Below, piece after piece: positions 46,172 to 55,520 of a stretch of 64,000 nucleotides of DNA. The position numbers were made by a program, and so were the translations under genes. The notes under the pieces were generated by a model. That model worked only from the letters and a program-made list of their open reading frames with translations, was not told the DNA's origin and made no database searches. Every line of letters starts with the position of its first letter. Positions within the stretch are counted from its first letter, which is position 1. Source of the stretch: Thermoplasmata archaeon (lineage in GTDB: Archaea > Thermoplasmatota > E2 > UBA202 > JdFR-43); contig JAGGXW010000003.1 in NCBI GenBank assembly GCA_021162815.1, forward strand, positions 3,542-67,541, written 5' to 3'.

Positions 46172-47491
46172 TTAACTGAGTTTGAACTGCTTCATCAGTT
46201 TGCGCTGCATTTTTTTGTTTGAGAAACTCTTCATCATTTTCTTTGATATGTTGTATTGTTTGAGAAGCTCCTTTACATCCTTTGCCTCCACTCCTGCTCC
46301 TCTCGCTATCCTCTTTATTCTTGATGACTTTATTATGGACGGATTTTCAAGCTCTTCCTTCGTCATGGAATCCATTATCACCTTGAATTTTTTGAGCCTC
46401 TGCTGCGCTGCATATATATCATCATCTTTCATCTTCCCTCCGAAGGGGAGAAGTTCCATTATCTTGTTCAGGGGTCCCATTCCAGAAAGCATCTCCATCT
46501 GTTCGTACATGTCAATCAGTGTGAATCTGCCGCTCATCATCTTCTTTGCCTTCTCCTCCAGATCCTTCTCCTTCCCCTTTGCAACTTCTCTTGCCCTCTC
46601 CATCAGCGTTTCCAGATCCCCCATGCCCAGCAGACGGGAGAGAAAACGGGCCGCATTGAATTTCTCCAGGTCATCCATATGCTCTCCAGTTCCCACATAT
46701 ATTATCGGCGCTCCTGTCTCAGCCACAGCGGAGAGGGCGCCGCCGCCCTTTGCGGTGCCGTCCATTTTGGTGAGTATCACGCCTGTTATTCCTATGGCCT
46801 CGTTGAAAGCCTTTGCCTGCTTTCCTGCCTGCTGGCCCACTGAAGCATCTATGACGAGGATTTTTTCATCGGGTTTGGCAATGGATGCTATTCTCTTCAT
46901 TTCATCTATTAAATCGTCTTCAAGGGAGTGTCTTCCTGCCGTGTCTATTATTATTACATCATATCTGGAGAATTTTTCCAGGCCTTCCTTTACTATCTCT
47001 TCAGCTTTCCTGCCCTCTATGCCTCCATGAACCGGAACATTTATTCTCTCTGCTATTGTGGCAAGCTGCTCATATGCTGCGGGTCTGTGAATATCGGCTG
47101 CTATGAGAGCCACTTTCATCCCTCTTTTCTGGAACTTTCTTGCCAGTTTTCCGCAGGTTGTTGTTTTTCCCTGGCCATATAATCCAACCATCATTATTCT
47201 CTGCCTTTTCAATGGCAGCTCCCTTCCCTCTCCAAGTATTGATGAAAGCTCTTCATAAAGAATTTTGAGAACATGCTCTCTGTTGCTCATTCCCTTTGGA
47301 GGTTTTTCCTCAAGAGCCCTCTTTTCAATCTTTTTTGAAACCTTTAAGACAAGGGAAACATTCACATCCCCCATTATCAATGCTCTTTGAATATCCCTAA
47401 CAACTTCCTTTACGAGGGATTTATCCACAAATGGAGCATTTGCAACCTTTTTGAAAGCGCTTTTTAAAGCCTCACCAAAATTTTTCAGCAT
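46172..47491 (-). CDS. srp54: Signal recognition particle protein SRP54
   Basis: N, G and M domains. GTPase motifs GLYGQGKTTT, DTAGR and TKMDG, and a Met-rich C-terminus. Confidence 0.9.
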   Translation of the reverse strand: MLKNFGEALKSAFKKVANAPFVDKSLVKEVVRDIQRALIMGDVNVSLVLKVSKKIEKRALEEKPPKGMSNREHVLKILYEELSSILGEGRELPLKRQRIMMVGLYGQGKTTTCGKLARKFQKRGMKVALIAADIHRPAAYEQLATIAERINVPVHGGIEGRKAEEIVKEGLEKFSRYDVIIIDTAGRHSLEDDLIDEMKRIASIAKPDEKILVIDASVGQQAGKQAKAFNEAIGITGVILTKMDGTAKGGGALSAVAETGAPIIYVGTGEHMDDLEKFNAARFLSRLLGMGDLETLMERAREVAKGKEKDLEEKAKKMMSGRFTLIDMYEQMEMLSGMGPLNKIMELLPFGGKMKDDDIYAAQQRLKKFKVIMDSMTKEELENPSIIKSSRIKRIARGAGVEAKDVKELLKQYNISKKMMKSFSNKKMQRKLMKQFKLS

Positions 47492-47539
47492 CTTAAAATG
47501 AAAAAAAATGTTGTTAATATATTTTGGGATATGGGCTGC

Positions 47540-47695
47540 TTAACTATACTTCTTGAAGCCCATTTCCTCTGCTACTTCTCTGAAGCACTGTCTGCAGAGA
47601 TGCATTCCATATCTTCTTATTATTCCTCTTTTCCTTCCGCATCTCTCACATCCTTCTATTCTTCCATACTTCTTCTTTTTCTCCTTTATCTTCAC
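47540..47695 (-). CDS. rps14: Ribosomal protein uS14 (zinc-ribbon type, S14p/S29e), GTG start, not in the ORF track
   Basis: Reverse strand reads [51 protein letters not shown], which shows the conserved C-x2-C ... C-x2-C pattern and the [14 protein letters not shown] box. The GTG overlaps the L5 stop (GTGA) and a GGAGGTGA Shine-Dalgarno sits upstream. Confidence 0.8.
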   Translation of the reverse strand: MKIKEKKKKYGRIEGCERCGRKRGIIRRYGMHLCRQCFREVAEEMGFKKYS

Positions 47696-48204
47696 TCTAT
47701 CACCTCCACATTAAACTCCTTCTTCATGAATTCCATTGTTTCCTCTTTCTTAACTCTATGCTTTGCTGGCAATTTTCTCTTTTCTATTCTTCTCTTCTTT
47801 ATTCTGTATCCCGGCTTTTCCATCGTAACGCATATGTCCATTCCGAATATGCCCACCTCAGGATCGTACTTCATGTCCTTGAATTCTGTGTGGTCTGTTA
47901 TTCCAAATGCAAAATTTCCCTCTTCATCAAATGACCATGCTGGCAATTTATAATTTCTTACCCACAAAGCTTCCTTCAGGAATTTTATTGCCTTCTCCTT
48001 CCTCAGTGTTACCTTGCAGCCTATGGGCATGCCTTTTCTTATGCCAAAATCTCTGTTGGTCATCTTGGATATTGTCCTCACGGGTTTCTGTCCTGTAAGT
48101 TCTTCCAGTAATTTTTCAGCCTTCCTCAGCCTCTCTCCGCCTTCTCCAACACCAATATTTACGGTAACCTTCTCTATCCTAACATTCTGCATCGGGTTAC
48201 TCAT
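47692..48204 (-). CDS. rpl5: Ribosomal protein uL5
   Basis: Typical L5 pattern ([14 protein letters not shown] ... [16 protein letters not shown]). Confidence 0.9.
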   Translation of the reverse strand: MSNPMQNVRIEKVTVNIGVGEGGERLRKAEKLLEELTGQKPVRTISKMTNRDFGIRKGMPIGCKVTLRKEKAIKFLKEALWVRNYKLPAWSFDEEGNFAFGITDHTEFKDMKYDPEVGIFGMDICVTMEKPGYRIKKRRIEKRKLPAKHRVKKEETMEFMKKEFNVEVIE

Positions 48205-48904
48205 AGATATCCACCTTCGGCAACTCTACAACCGGTTTATCCTTTCCAACAGGAAATACATATGGTTTGATTGTGGAAAAGTTCTTCATCTTTACAATAT
48301 TTGGCATACTGCTTCTTGTTATTATTTCCTCATCAATTTCATCAATCTCTCCAGCATGCTCTCCTCCAGTTATTAGGGCAAGGTATCCCTTTTTGAACGG
48401 AATTTCATCAATTATCTCCTGCTCCGGAACCTTTATTTTGAGTACATCTCCTGTTTTGTATTTATCTTCATCCACGATCAAATTCCTTCCATCATGCATA
48501 TTGAGCTGTATTTTTCCTCCTCTCACCATTGTTTTGTTGTTTATTCTGCTCAGTTTCCATGTTGCCTCCTCTTCAGTTATCTTAACCAACCTCAGTCTTC
48601 CCTTGGTATCCATCATCATGCGATAATGTTCATTCATTTTCGGTATTGAAACAACATCCATCAGCCCGCACGGATATTTGTGGTCCCTCCTCGCCTTTCC
48701 ATCCACAAGTATTTCTCTACCTGCAATTATCTTCTTTGCCTCCCTTCCTGTATCCGCTATTTTGAGGTAATCCCTCACCACAACAAGCAGGGGGAGACTT
48801 CTATCAGCTGGATGGGGGCCAGGTGATGGTTTCACTGCCCACTTTTTGACTTTCCTCTCAACTCTCCATGTTTCCGGAGCACTAAATCTTTTCAGATGCG
48901 CCAT
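48197..48904 (-). CDS. rps4e: Ribosomal protein eS4
   Basis: [13 protein letters not shown] ... and a KOW-like region typical of S4e. Confidence 0.9.
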   Translation of the reverse strand: MAHLKRFSAPETWRVERKVKKWAVKPSPGPHPADRSLPLLVVVRDYLKIADTGREAKKIIAGREILVDGKARRDHKYPCGLMDVVSIPKMNEHYRMMMDTKGRLRLVKITEEEATWKLSRINNKTMVRGGKIQLNMHDGRNLIVDEDKYKTGDVLKIKVPEQEIIDEIPFKKGYLALITGGEHAGEIDEIDEEIITRSSMPNIVKMKNFSTIKPYVFPVGKDKPVVELPKVDIYE

Positions 48905-48940
48905 ATTCTCTGCCTGTAACTATTTTCTTATTAAAATATT

Positions 48941-50272
48941 TTACTGTTGAAATTTCATCAATTTTTTTACAACCTGCTCTGGATTTTTACCGAAGACCAG
49001 AATCATTGGTTCCTTTCCCACATCTCCCTCATGGTATATCATGTCAGGAAACTTTTTGACCTTTTTAATTGCAGTCTCCACTCCCCATGGCAGAGTTGCT
49101 CCCTCCTTTGCCTTTATTTCATCAGGCTCCTCTCTTCTATCATAGCTTGAAACGGTGAAGATTTTCTCCGCCCTCTTTATAATTTTTCTGTCAAATTTTA
49201 TGTTTATAACGCTTCTCTGTTCCTCATCATACTCCATTGCTTTCAGAAGAACTCTTGCAAGATGACGGGATGCACCAAATCTTATGCTGCCAGCCATTAT
49301 CATACCATCCATGCCTTTAGAAATTCTTCCATCTATTGCTGCTATGCCTCCAATACCCTTTGCATACTCCTTTGGCAGGGAATAGGCAAAATTTGTTCCC
49401 ACCTCGGGAATCATTTTATGGAAGGAATTCATTTTTTTGAGTTTATTTATTGCTCTTTCAAGAGATTCAACAGCATGCCATTTCATTGCAGGAATCATGG
49501 AATACGACATGTGATTTACAGGACAGTGACATTTGCCAATATTTGTCCCATACTGTATTGCCATGGTTATGAATTCCTTTGCAATTTTGACAGAGTTATA
49601 GACATTCTTTCCTTTTGCCATATTTGCTGTTATTGCAGCAGAGAAGCTGCATCCAATTCCATGTGTGCATCCTTCCTTTCTCAATGCTTTGTATTCCTTA
49701 ACCTTCCCATTGTGATACAGAATATCTGTGGCATACTTTCCACCGAAATGTCCTCCCTTAATTAAAACATATCTTGCTCCCATATCTGAAATTTCCTCAG
49801 CAGCTTTTATGGCATCCTCTTTACTTTCTATTTTCATGCCTGCAAGTTTTTCAGCCTCCATTCTGTTTGGTGTTATTACATCTGCCAGAGGAACAATGTA
49901 TTTTATGAATGCAGATATGGCGGAATCAGCAAGCAACTTATCCCCTGTTTTGGATATCATGACAGGATCCGAGACGAGAGGAATCTCATATTCCCTTATT
50001 GCTGATGCCACTCTCCTTACTATGTTTGCATTCATTAGCATGCCCGTTTTTGCAGCATCTATTCCTGTATCCTCTGCCACCGATACAATCTGTTTGTAAA
50101 CAACTTCTGCAGGAATGGCATGGATGGCAGAGATGCTGCACGTGTTTTGGGCTGTAACAGCCGTTATGGCAGCCATGCCGTGAACATTGAATGTCGAAAA
50201 TACCTTCAAATCAGCCTCTATGCCAGCGCCGCCGCCGCTGTCGCTGCCTGCTATGGTGAGTGCTTTTTTCAT
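48941..50272 (-). CDS. thiDN: Bifunctional ThiD (HMP/HMP-P kinase) - ThiN (thiamine-phosphate synthase) fusion, archaeal ThiDN
   Basis: N-terminal ThiD ribokinase-fold motifs (IAGSDSGGGAGIEADLK ... GCTHG) plus a ~170-aa C-terminal ThiN-like domain. Confidence 0.8.
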   Translation of the reverse strand: MKKALTIAGSDSGGGAGIEADLKVFSTFNVHGMAAITAVTAQNTCSISAIHAIPAEVVYKQIVSVAEDTGIDAAKTGMLMNANIVRRVASAIREYEIPLVSDPVMISKTGDKLLADSAISAFIKYIVPLADVITPNRMEAEKLAGMKIESKEDAIKAAEEISDMGARYVLIKGGHFGGKYATDILYHNGKVKEYKALRKEGCTHGIGCSFSAAITANMAKGKNVYNSVKIAKEFITMAIQYGTNIGKCHCPVNHMSYSMIPAMKWHAVESLERAINKLKKMNSFHKMIPEVGTNFAYSLPKEYAKGIGGIAAIDGRISKGMDGMIMAGSIRFGASRHLARVLLKAMEYDEEQRSVINIKFDRKIIKRAEKIFTVSSYDRREEPDEIKAKEGATLPWGVETAIKKVKKFPDMIYHEGDVGKEPMILVFGKNPEQVVKKLMKFQQ

Positions 50273-50354
50273 GTTTAATGCATTTGGTTTTGTATATTAA
50301 ATTTTTCAGTGGTTTTGTTAAAAAACATTTTAAATGGAACTGCATTGAATTATC

Positions 50355-51263
50355 ATGAAGGCTCTATTTGTTTCATTAATTGTTGTTGCTTCCTCATTTG
50401 CTATGGCGTTGCCTGCAGGAATATGGGTAAATATAGATGGGCCGGAGAACAATTCTCTTCTTCATTACAGGCATATCTATGTGAACGGCTCCGTTACGGC
50501 ATGCTGCAATGATAAGATAGTTAAATGGGGCTGGACACACTTCTGGAATGGAGGGAATGAGAGCAGAGAATATGAAGTGGAGTCAACTGTTCTCGTGAAC
50601 TTTTCAATAAAGATGGATTTGTGGCCTGGCAAAAATGAGATAACGGTGTATGGAGTTGCCATGTCGGGAAGCAAGGGATACAAGACCATAAATCTTTACT
50701 ATGATGGTCCTGTGGTCATTATAAATGGAAGTTATTCAGCAAAATCTGGAGAGAAAATTGATTTTAAAGGATATGCTTATGGAGGAACCAGGCCATATAA
50801 CTACACATGGCATTTTGGAGATGGAAGCGTTGCATATGGAAGCAACGTAAGCCATATATATTCAGATAAGGGTACTTACACTGTAACATTTGTTGTTAGA
50901 GATGCCAGTGGATATTATGATGAAGCCACAACAACAGTGGTGATTTATGAAGGGGAAGCACAGCCTCCGGAGATAAGCATATTGAAACCCATGCATGGTT
51001 TATACATAAATGACAGGAAAATACTGCCTCTTCCTGTATCTCTAATTGTGGGGGATATAACCATCGAAATAGATGCAAAAGATGAGCAATCTGGAGTTAA
51101 GATGGTCTCTCTTTACATAGATGACAGGCTCGTTGAGAATATTACAGAGCAGCCCTATGAGTATGCATATTCTCCCTCCTTGGGTCTTCATGCCATCTCC
51201 GCCATTGCCTATGATTATGCAGGAAATTATGCTCAGGCGGATTCTGTAATCTTTGCCATATAA
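50355..51263 (+). CDS. Secreted protein with PKD domain and C-terminal shared Ig-like domain
   Basis: Signal peptide. PKD motif YNYTWHFGDGSVAYGSNVSHIYSDKGTYTVTFVVRDASG. The C-terminal ~100 aa are homologous to the C-termini of 54441..55475 and 60183..62348. Confidence 0.65.
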   Translation: MKALFVSLIVVASSFAMALPAGIWVNIDGPENNSLLHYRHIYVNGSVTACCNDKIVKWGWTHFWNGGNESREYEVESTVLVNFSIKMDLWPGKNEITVYGVAMSGSKGYKTINLYYDGPVVIINGSYSAKSGEKIDFKGYAYGGTRPYNYTWHFGDGSVAYGSNVSHIYSDKGTYTVTFVVRDASGYYDEATTTVVIYEGEAQPPEISILKPMHGLYINDRKILPLPVSLIVGDITIEIDAKDEQSGVKMVSLYIDDRLVENITEQPYEYAYSPSLGLHAISAIAYDYAGNYAQADSVIFAI

Positions 51264-51300
51264 CCCGTAATCATTAAAATGATGTTGTGAATACAGGAAC

Positions 51301-52203
51301 ATGAAGCTGGTTGAATGTGTGCCAAATTTTAGTGAGGGGAGGAGAAAGGAGGTTATAGATGCCATAGTTGGAGAGCTCAATAACTACAAAGTCAAGGTGC
51401 TGAACATACATGCTGATGCTGATCATAACAGGACGGATGTAACATTCATAGGAGAGCCTGAAGAGGTGAAGAAGGCTGCGCTTGCCATGGCGCTGAAGGC
51501 TGTGGAGCTTATAGACATGAATAAGCATAAGGGAGAGCATCCCAGAATGGGAGCTATGGATGTCGTTCCATTCATACCCGTTGCAAATGTTACAATGGAA
51601 GAATGTGTTGAACTTGCACATGAATTTGCGAAGGAATTTTCAGAAAAGACTGGGGTGCCATGTTTCATGTATGAGGAGGCTGCTACGAGGGAGGATAGAA
51701 GAAATCTTGCAGATGTGAGGAGAGGAGAGTATGAAGGGCTAAAGGAGGAGATAGGTAAAAATCCTGATAAAACACCAGATTACGGGCCCAATAAGATGCA
51801 TCCCACAGCGGGAGCAACTGCAGTTGGAGCGAGGGAATTTCTCATAGCATTCAATGTTAATTTAGCAACCAATGATATTCAGATTGCAAAGAATATTGCA
51901 AGGGCAGTAAGGCACAGCAGCGGAGGCTACAGATATGTCAAGGCAATGGGCTTTGAAATCAAGGAGAGGGGAATAGTGCAGGTGTCAATGAATATGACAA
52001 ATTACAGAAAAACCCCTCTCTTCAGAGTGTTTGAAACCATAAAGAGAGAGGCGGAAAGGTATGGCACAAGGGTTCTATCAAGCGAGATAGTCGGAATGCT
52101 TCCAATGGAAGCCATGGCAGACATAGCATCATTTTATCTCCAACTGGAAGGATTTGACATCCAGCAGGTAATAGAAAAACGCCTCCTGGAGGAATTGCTA
52201 TGA
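51301..52203 (+). CDS. ftcD: Glutamate formimidoyltransferase (FtcD N-terminal transferase domain)
   Basis: VECVPNFSEGR N-terminus and the formiminotransferase-domain pattern. Confidence 0.8.
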   Translation: MKLVECVPNFSEGRRKEVIDAIVGELNNYKVKVLNIHADADHNRTDVTFIGEPEEVKKAALAMALKAVELIDMNKHKGEHPRMGAMDVVPFIPVANVTMEECVELAHEFAKEFSEKTGVPCFMYEEAATREDRRNLADVRRGEYEGLKEEIGKNPDKTPDYGPNKMHPTAGATAVGAREFLIAFNVNLATNDIQIAKNIARAVRHSSGGYRYVKAMGFEIKERGIVQVSMNMTNYRKTPLFRVFETIKREAERYGTRVLSSEIVGMLPMEAMADIASFYLQLEGFDIQQVIEKRLLEELL

Positions 52204-52799
52204 TGGTGGAGCAGCCATTCATCAATATCCTGGAAAAAATCGCCTCAAAAAGCCCCACGCCTGGCGGGGGGAGCGTGGCCGCCATGGCGGGAGCGATAGC
52301 GTGCAGTCTTGCAGAGATGGTATGCAACCTTACCATTGGAAAGAAGAAGTATGCTGATGTGGAAGATGATATGAAAGAGTATGCATCGAGGATGAAAGAG
52401 GCGAGGAAAAGATTTGAAGAGCTGGTGGATGAGGATGCCAGAGCTTTTGATGAGGTTATGAATGCCTATAAAAGCAATGATAAGGGAAAGATTGAGAATG
52501 CAATGAAGAAGGCTGCAGAAACGCCACTCAACACTGCAATGCTGTGCAGGGAGATTGCTGGTACGCTTGTAGAAATAGCCAGAAAGGGGAACAAAAATGC
52601 CATAACGGATGCTGGAGTTGCGGCATACATGATGTATACATGCTTTAACTCTGCTGTTTTCAATGTGAGAATAAATCTGAAGTATATTGAGGATGAGAAT
52701 TTTAAGGAAATCACAGTTCAGAAACTGAATGAGGCTGAGAAGGAAATAAAAGAATCTTTTGATTTGATTATTGAGGAAGTGGAGAGAGAATTAAAGTAA
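52200..52799 (+). CDS. Formimidoyltetrahydrofolate cyclodeaminase / methenyl-THF cyclohydrolase-like
   Basis: SPTPGGGSVAAMAGA motif of the cyclodeaminase domain. ATGA overlap. Confidence 0.75.
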   Translation: MMVEQPFINILEKIASKSPTPGGGSVAAMAGAIACSLAEMVCNLTIGKKKYADVEDDMKEYASRMKEARKRFEELVDEDARAFDEVMNAYKSNDKGKIENAMKKAAETPLNTAMLCREIAGTLVEIARKGNKNAITDAGVAAYMMYTCFNSAVFNVRINLKYIEDENFKEITVQKLNEAEKEIKESFDLIIEEVERELK

Positions 52800-52830
52800 A
52801 AAACTTTAATGACAAAGCGATAACATTGGC

Positions 52831-54444
52831 ATGAGGGAGATACAGGAAGTTGCAGCATCACTTGGATTGAAGGCAGAGGATATAATACCCTATGGAAGGT
52901 ACAAGGCGAAGGTAAGCATTGATGTGTTGAAGAGAGCGAATAAGAAAGGAAAGGTAATTCTGGTAACAACCATAAACCCCACACCTGGGGGAGAGGGAAA
53001 AACAACGGTCACAATAGGAATAGCACAGGCTCTTGCAAAGCTTGGTAAAAAGGCAACCCTTGCGATAAGAGAGCCCAGCATCGGACCCACCATGGGAATA
53101 AAGGGAGGAGGTACAGGAGGAGGAAAAAGCATGGTGGTTCCTTCAGATGACATAAATCTTCATTTTAATGGGGATATGCATGCTGTGAGCATGGCTCACA
53201 ATCTTCTTGCTGCAATGGTGGATAATCACATATATCATGGAAATGAATTCAACATAGATCCCAGGTATGTGGTATGGCCACATGTGGTTGATATGAATGA
53301 TAGAAGCCTGAGAAACATTGTTATCGGTCTTGGAAGCCCCAGGGATGGCATGCCCAGGCAGGATAGATTCTCCATAACGGCGGCATCAGAAATAATGGCC
53401 ATATTGTGCCTCTCAAAAAATATGGATGAGTTGAAGAAAAGATTGGCAAGGATAATAACCTCCTACTCTTACAATGATAAACCCATAACGGCTGGGGAGT
53501 TAAATGCTGTTGGCGCAATGGCAGCACTTCTGAAAGATGCCATAAATCCGAATCTTGTTCAGACGAGTGAGGGAGTTCCTGCCCTTGTTCATGGTGGTCC
53601 ATTCGCAAACATAGCTCACGGAACAAGCAGCATACTGGCTGCCATGATTGGCAGAGGATTTGCCGATTATTTTGTTACCGAAGCAGGATTTGGGAGCGAT
53701 CTGGGAGCAGAGAAATTCATTAACATTGTTTCCAGGCATGGTATAAAGCCGGATGCTATTGTGCTTGTTGTTTCAATAAAAGCCCTGAGATGGCATGGGG
53801 GAGGAGATATTTCAAAGAAAAGCATCAGAGCGGTTAAGAAGGGATTGAAAAATCTTGAAAAGCATGTAGAAAACATATCCATGTTTGGCATTCCATTCAT
53901 TGTTGCACTGAATAAATTCAAGGGAGATGGGGAGAATGAGATAAAAATTGTTGAAAATTTCTGCATGGAGAATGACATACCCTTTGCTGTTGCAGAGCCT
54001 TATGAGCATGGCGGAGAGGGATGCATTGAACTTGCAGGCAAACTTGTTGATATTCTCAACAACAGAAAGGCAAAATTGAAGTATCTTTACTCTCTGGAGG
54101 CGGGAGTCAAGGAAAAAATAGAAAGAATAGCCACTTCCATTTATGGGGCAGGAAGAGTGGTATATAGCGTTGCTGCAGAGGATGATATAAGAATAATTGA
54201 TAAACTCGAGCTTAACGAACTTCCAATATGCATGGCCAAAACTCCTTACAGCCTTTCAGATGATCCATCATTGAGAGGGAGGCCCAGAAATTTCAAAATA
54301 ACCATAAAGGAAATTCGCATCTCTGCAGGAGCTGGCTTTCTCGTTCCCATAACGGGCAAAATAACCACCATGCCAGGCCTGCCGAAGCATCCCAATGCCG
54401 TTAAAATAGATGTGGATAAGAGGGGAAGGATAATAGGGATTTAA
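52831..54444 (+). CDS. fhs: Formate--tetrahydrofolate ligase
   Basis: TINPTPGGEGKTT P-loop and full-length FTHFS pattern. Confidence 0.9.
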   Translation: MREIQEVAASLGLKAEDIIPYGRYKAKVSIDVLKRANKKGKVILVTTINPTPGGEGKTTVTIGIAQALAKLGKKATLAIREPSIGPTMGIKGGGTGGGKSMVVPSDDINLHFNGDMHAVSMAHNLLAAMVDNHIYHGNEFNIDPRYVVWPHVVDMNDRSLRNIVIGLGSPRDGMPRQDRFSITAASEIMAILCLSKNMDELKKRLARIITSYSYNDKPITAGELNAVGAMAALLKDAINPNLVQTSEGVPALVHGGPFANIAHGTSSILAAMIGRGFADYFVTEAGFGSDLGAEKFINIVSRHGIKPDAIVLVVSIKALRWHGGGDISKKSIRAVKKGLKNLEKHVENISMFGIPFIVALNKFKGDGENEIKIVENFCMENDIPFAVAEPYEHGGEGCIELAGKLVDILNNRKAKLKYLYSLEAGVKEKIERIATSIYGAGRVVYSVAAEDDIRIIDKLELNELPICMAKTPYSLSDDPSLRGRPRNFKITIKEIRISAGAGFLVPITGKITTMPGLPKHPNAVKIDVDKRGRIIGI

Positions 54445-55475
54445 AGAAGAACAGCGCTTATCATGTCTTCAGAGTACATTCCTGTATTATCATATGCTAT
54501 GGCTGTTAGAGAATGTCTTCCCGGAGAATGCCATCTGAATGCTCCATTGTAGTTCATCAATTTTTCGCTGTCCTGGTACAACTCTATTCTATTTATCCCG
54601 CTCTCATCGTAGCTGTATATGTTTACATCCACTCCACCAATTATGAGGGTATATGGCGTTGTGAGTATCTCCCTGCCAAATATGTAAAGTCGATTCTGCT
54701 TTGGAGATAATATGCTCACAGTAGGCGGTGTGTTTGAGGATATGAAAATACTTGCTGCATCTGCATAATATGCCTTGAAAGAATTTGTTTCATTTCCTGC
54801 ATTTTTTTCATGTGGCGTGCTGTTAAAAACTGCTGCTATGACGGCCAGATTATTCACATCATCCTGATCAATGTCCGGGAAGTTTATTTTTGAATCCCAG
54901 CTTACTGGTATCAACACTTCATCATGTGGGGCTATACTTATATTGCCAGTGTAAGCAAATTCCAGAAACCCAAAATGATACTGCATGGCATTGCAGTCAT
55001 CATATCTTGAGTTATACTCTGCAATATAAATTCTCAGAATGCCATTGTATTCTGTATTCCTCGCATTTTTTATTGTGGTTGTTATAAACAAACCTCTCTG
55101 GCACGGACATTCTATCCATGTTGCATTCACATTTATGTCGATGTTACTGCTTAACTTACTGCATTTATCTATTTTATTCGATATGTCTGAAACGTTGCTT
55201 CCTGTGCTTATCTCATACCCGCCGTTAAAAAATATCTCGGGATATGAATTGAAGTTATAATCATTTTTTATTCTGTTATGTGCAAATTCGTTCTTATCTT
55301 CAATCATTGTTACGTAAACAAAATCCCTCCGGCTGTTGTAGAGTGCGAAAAGCTCTTCATTAACTCTTGCTGAACCCTCATCCGAAGAATTTGATGCCAC
55401 TTCCAGAATAACTGACGCATTGGATAATGGAAGAACCAAAATAACCAGAATGGCAATCCCGCCCGCTATTTTCAT
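54441..55475 (-). CDS. Secreted protein with C-terminal shared Ig-like domain
   Basis: Signal peptide and many N-x-S/T sequons. The C-terminal ~100 aa (PPTVSILSP ... TAIAYDNTGMYSE) are homologous to the other two family members. Confidence 0.55.
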   Translation of the reverse strand: MKIAGGIAILVILVLPLSNASVILEVASNSSDEGSARVNEELFALYNSRRDFVYVTMIEDKNEFAHNRIKNDYNFNSYPEIFFNGGYEISTGSNVSDISNKIDKCSKLSSNIDINVNATWIECPCQRGLFITTTIKNARNTEYNGILRIYIAEYNSRYDDCNAMQYHFGFLEFAYTGNISIAPHDEVLIPVSWDSKINFPDIDQDDVNNLAVIAAVFNSTPHEKNAGNETNSFKAYYADAASIFISSNTPPTVSILSPKQNRLYIFGREILTTPYTLIIGGVDVNIYSYDESGINRIELYQDSEKLMNYNGAFRWHSPGRHSLTAIAYDNTGMYSEDMISAVLL

Positions 55476-55520
55476 AAATTATAAGGATATATCTATATAT
55501 AAAAGTTTTCAGCCTATATT

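Noticed and set aside
46182-47182. Plus-strand ORFs (46182..47030, 46885..47106, 46928..47182) inside SRP54
   Set aside because: They are antisense artefacts. SRP54 motifs on the minus strand are unambiguous.
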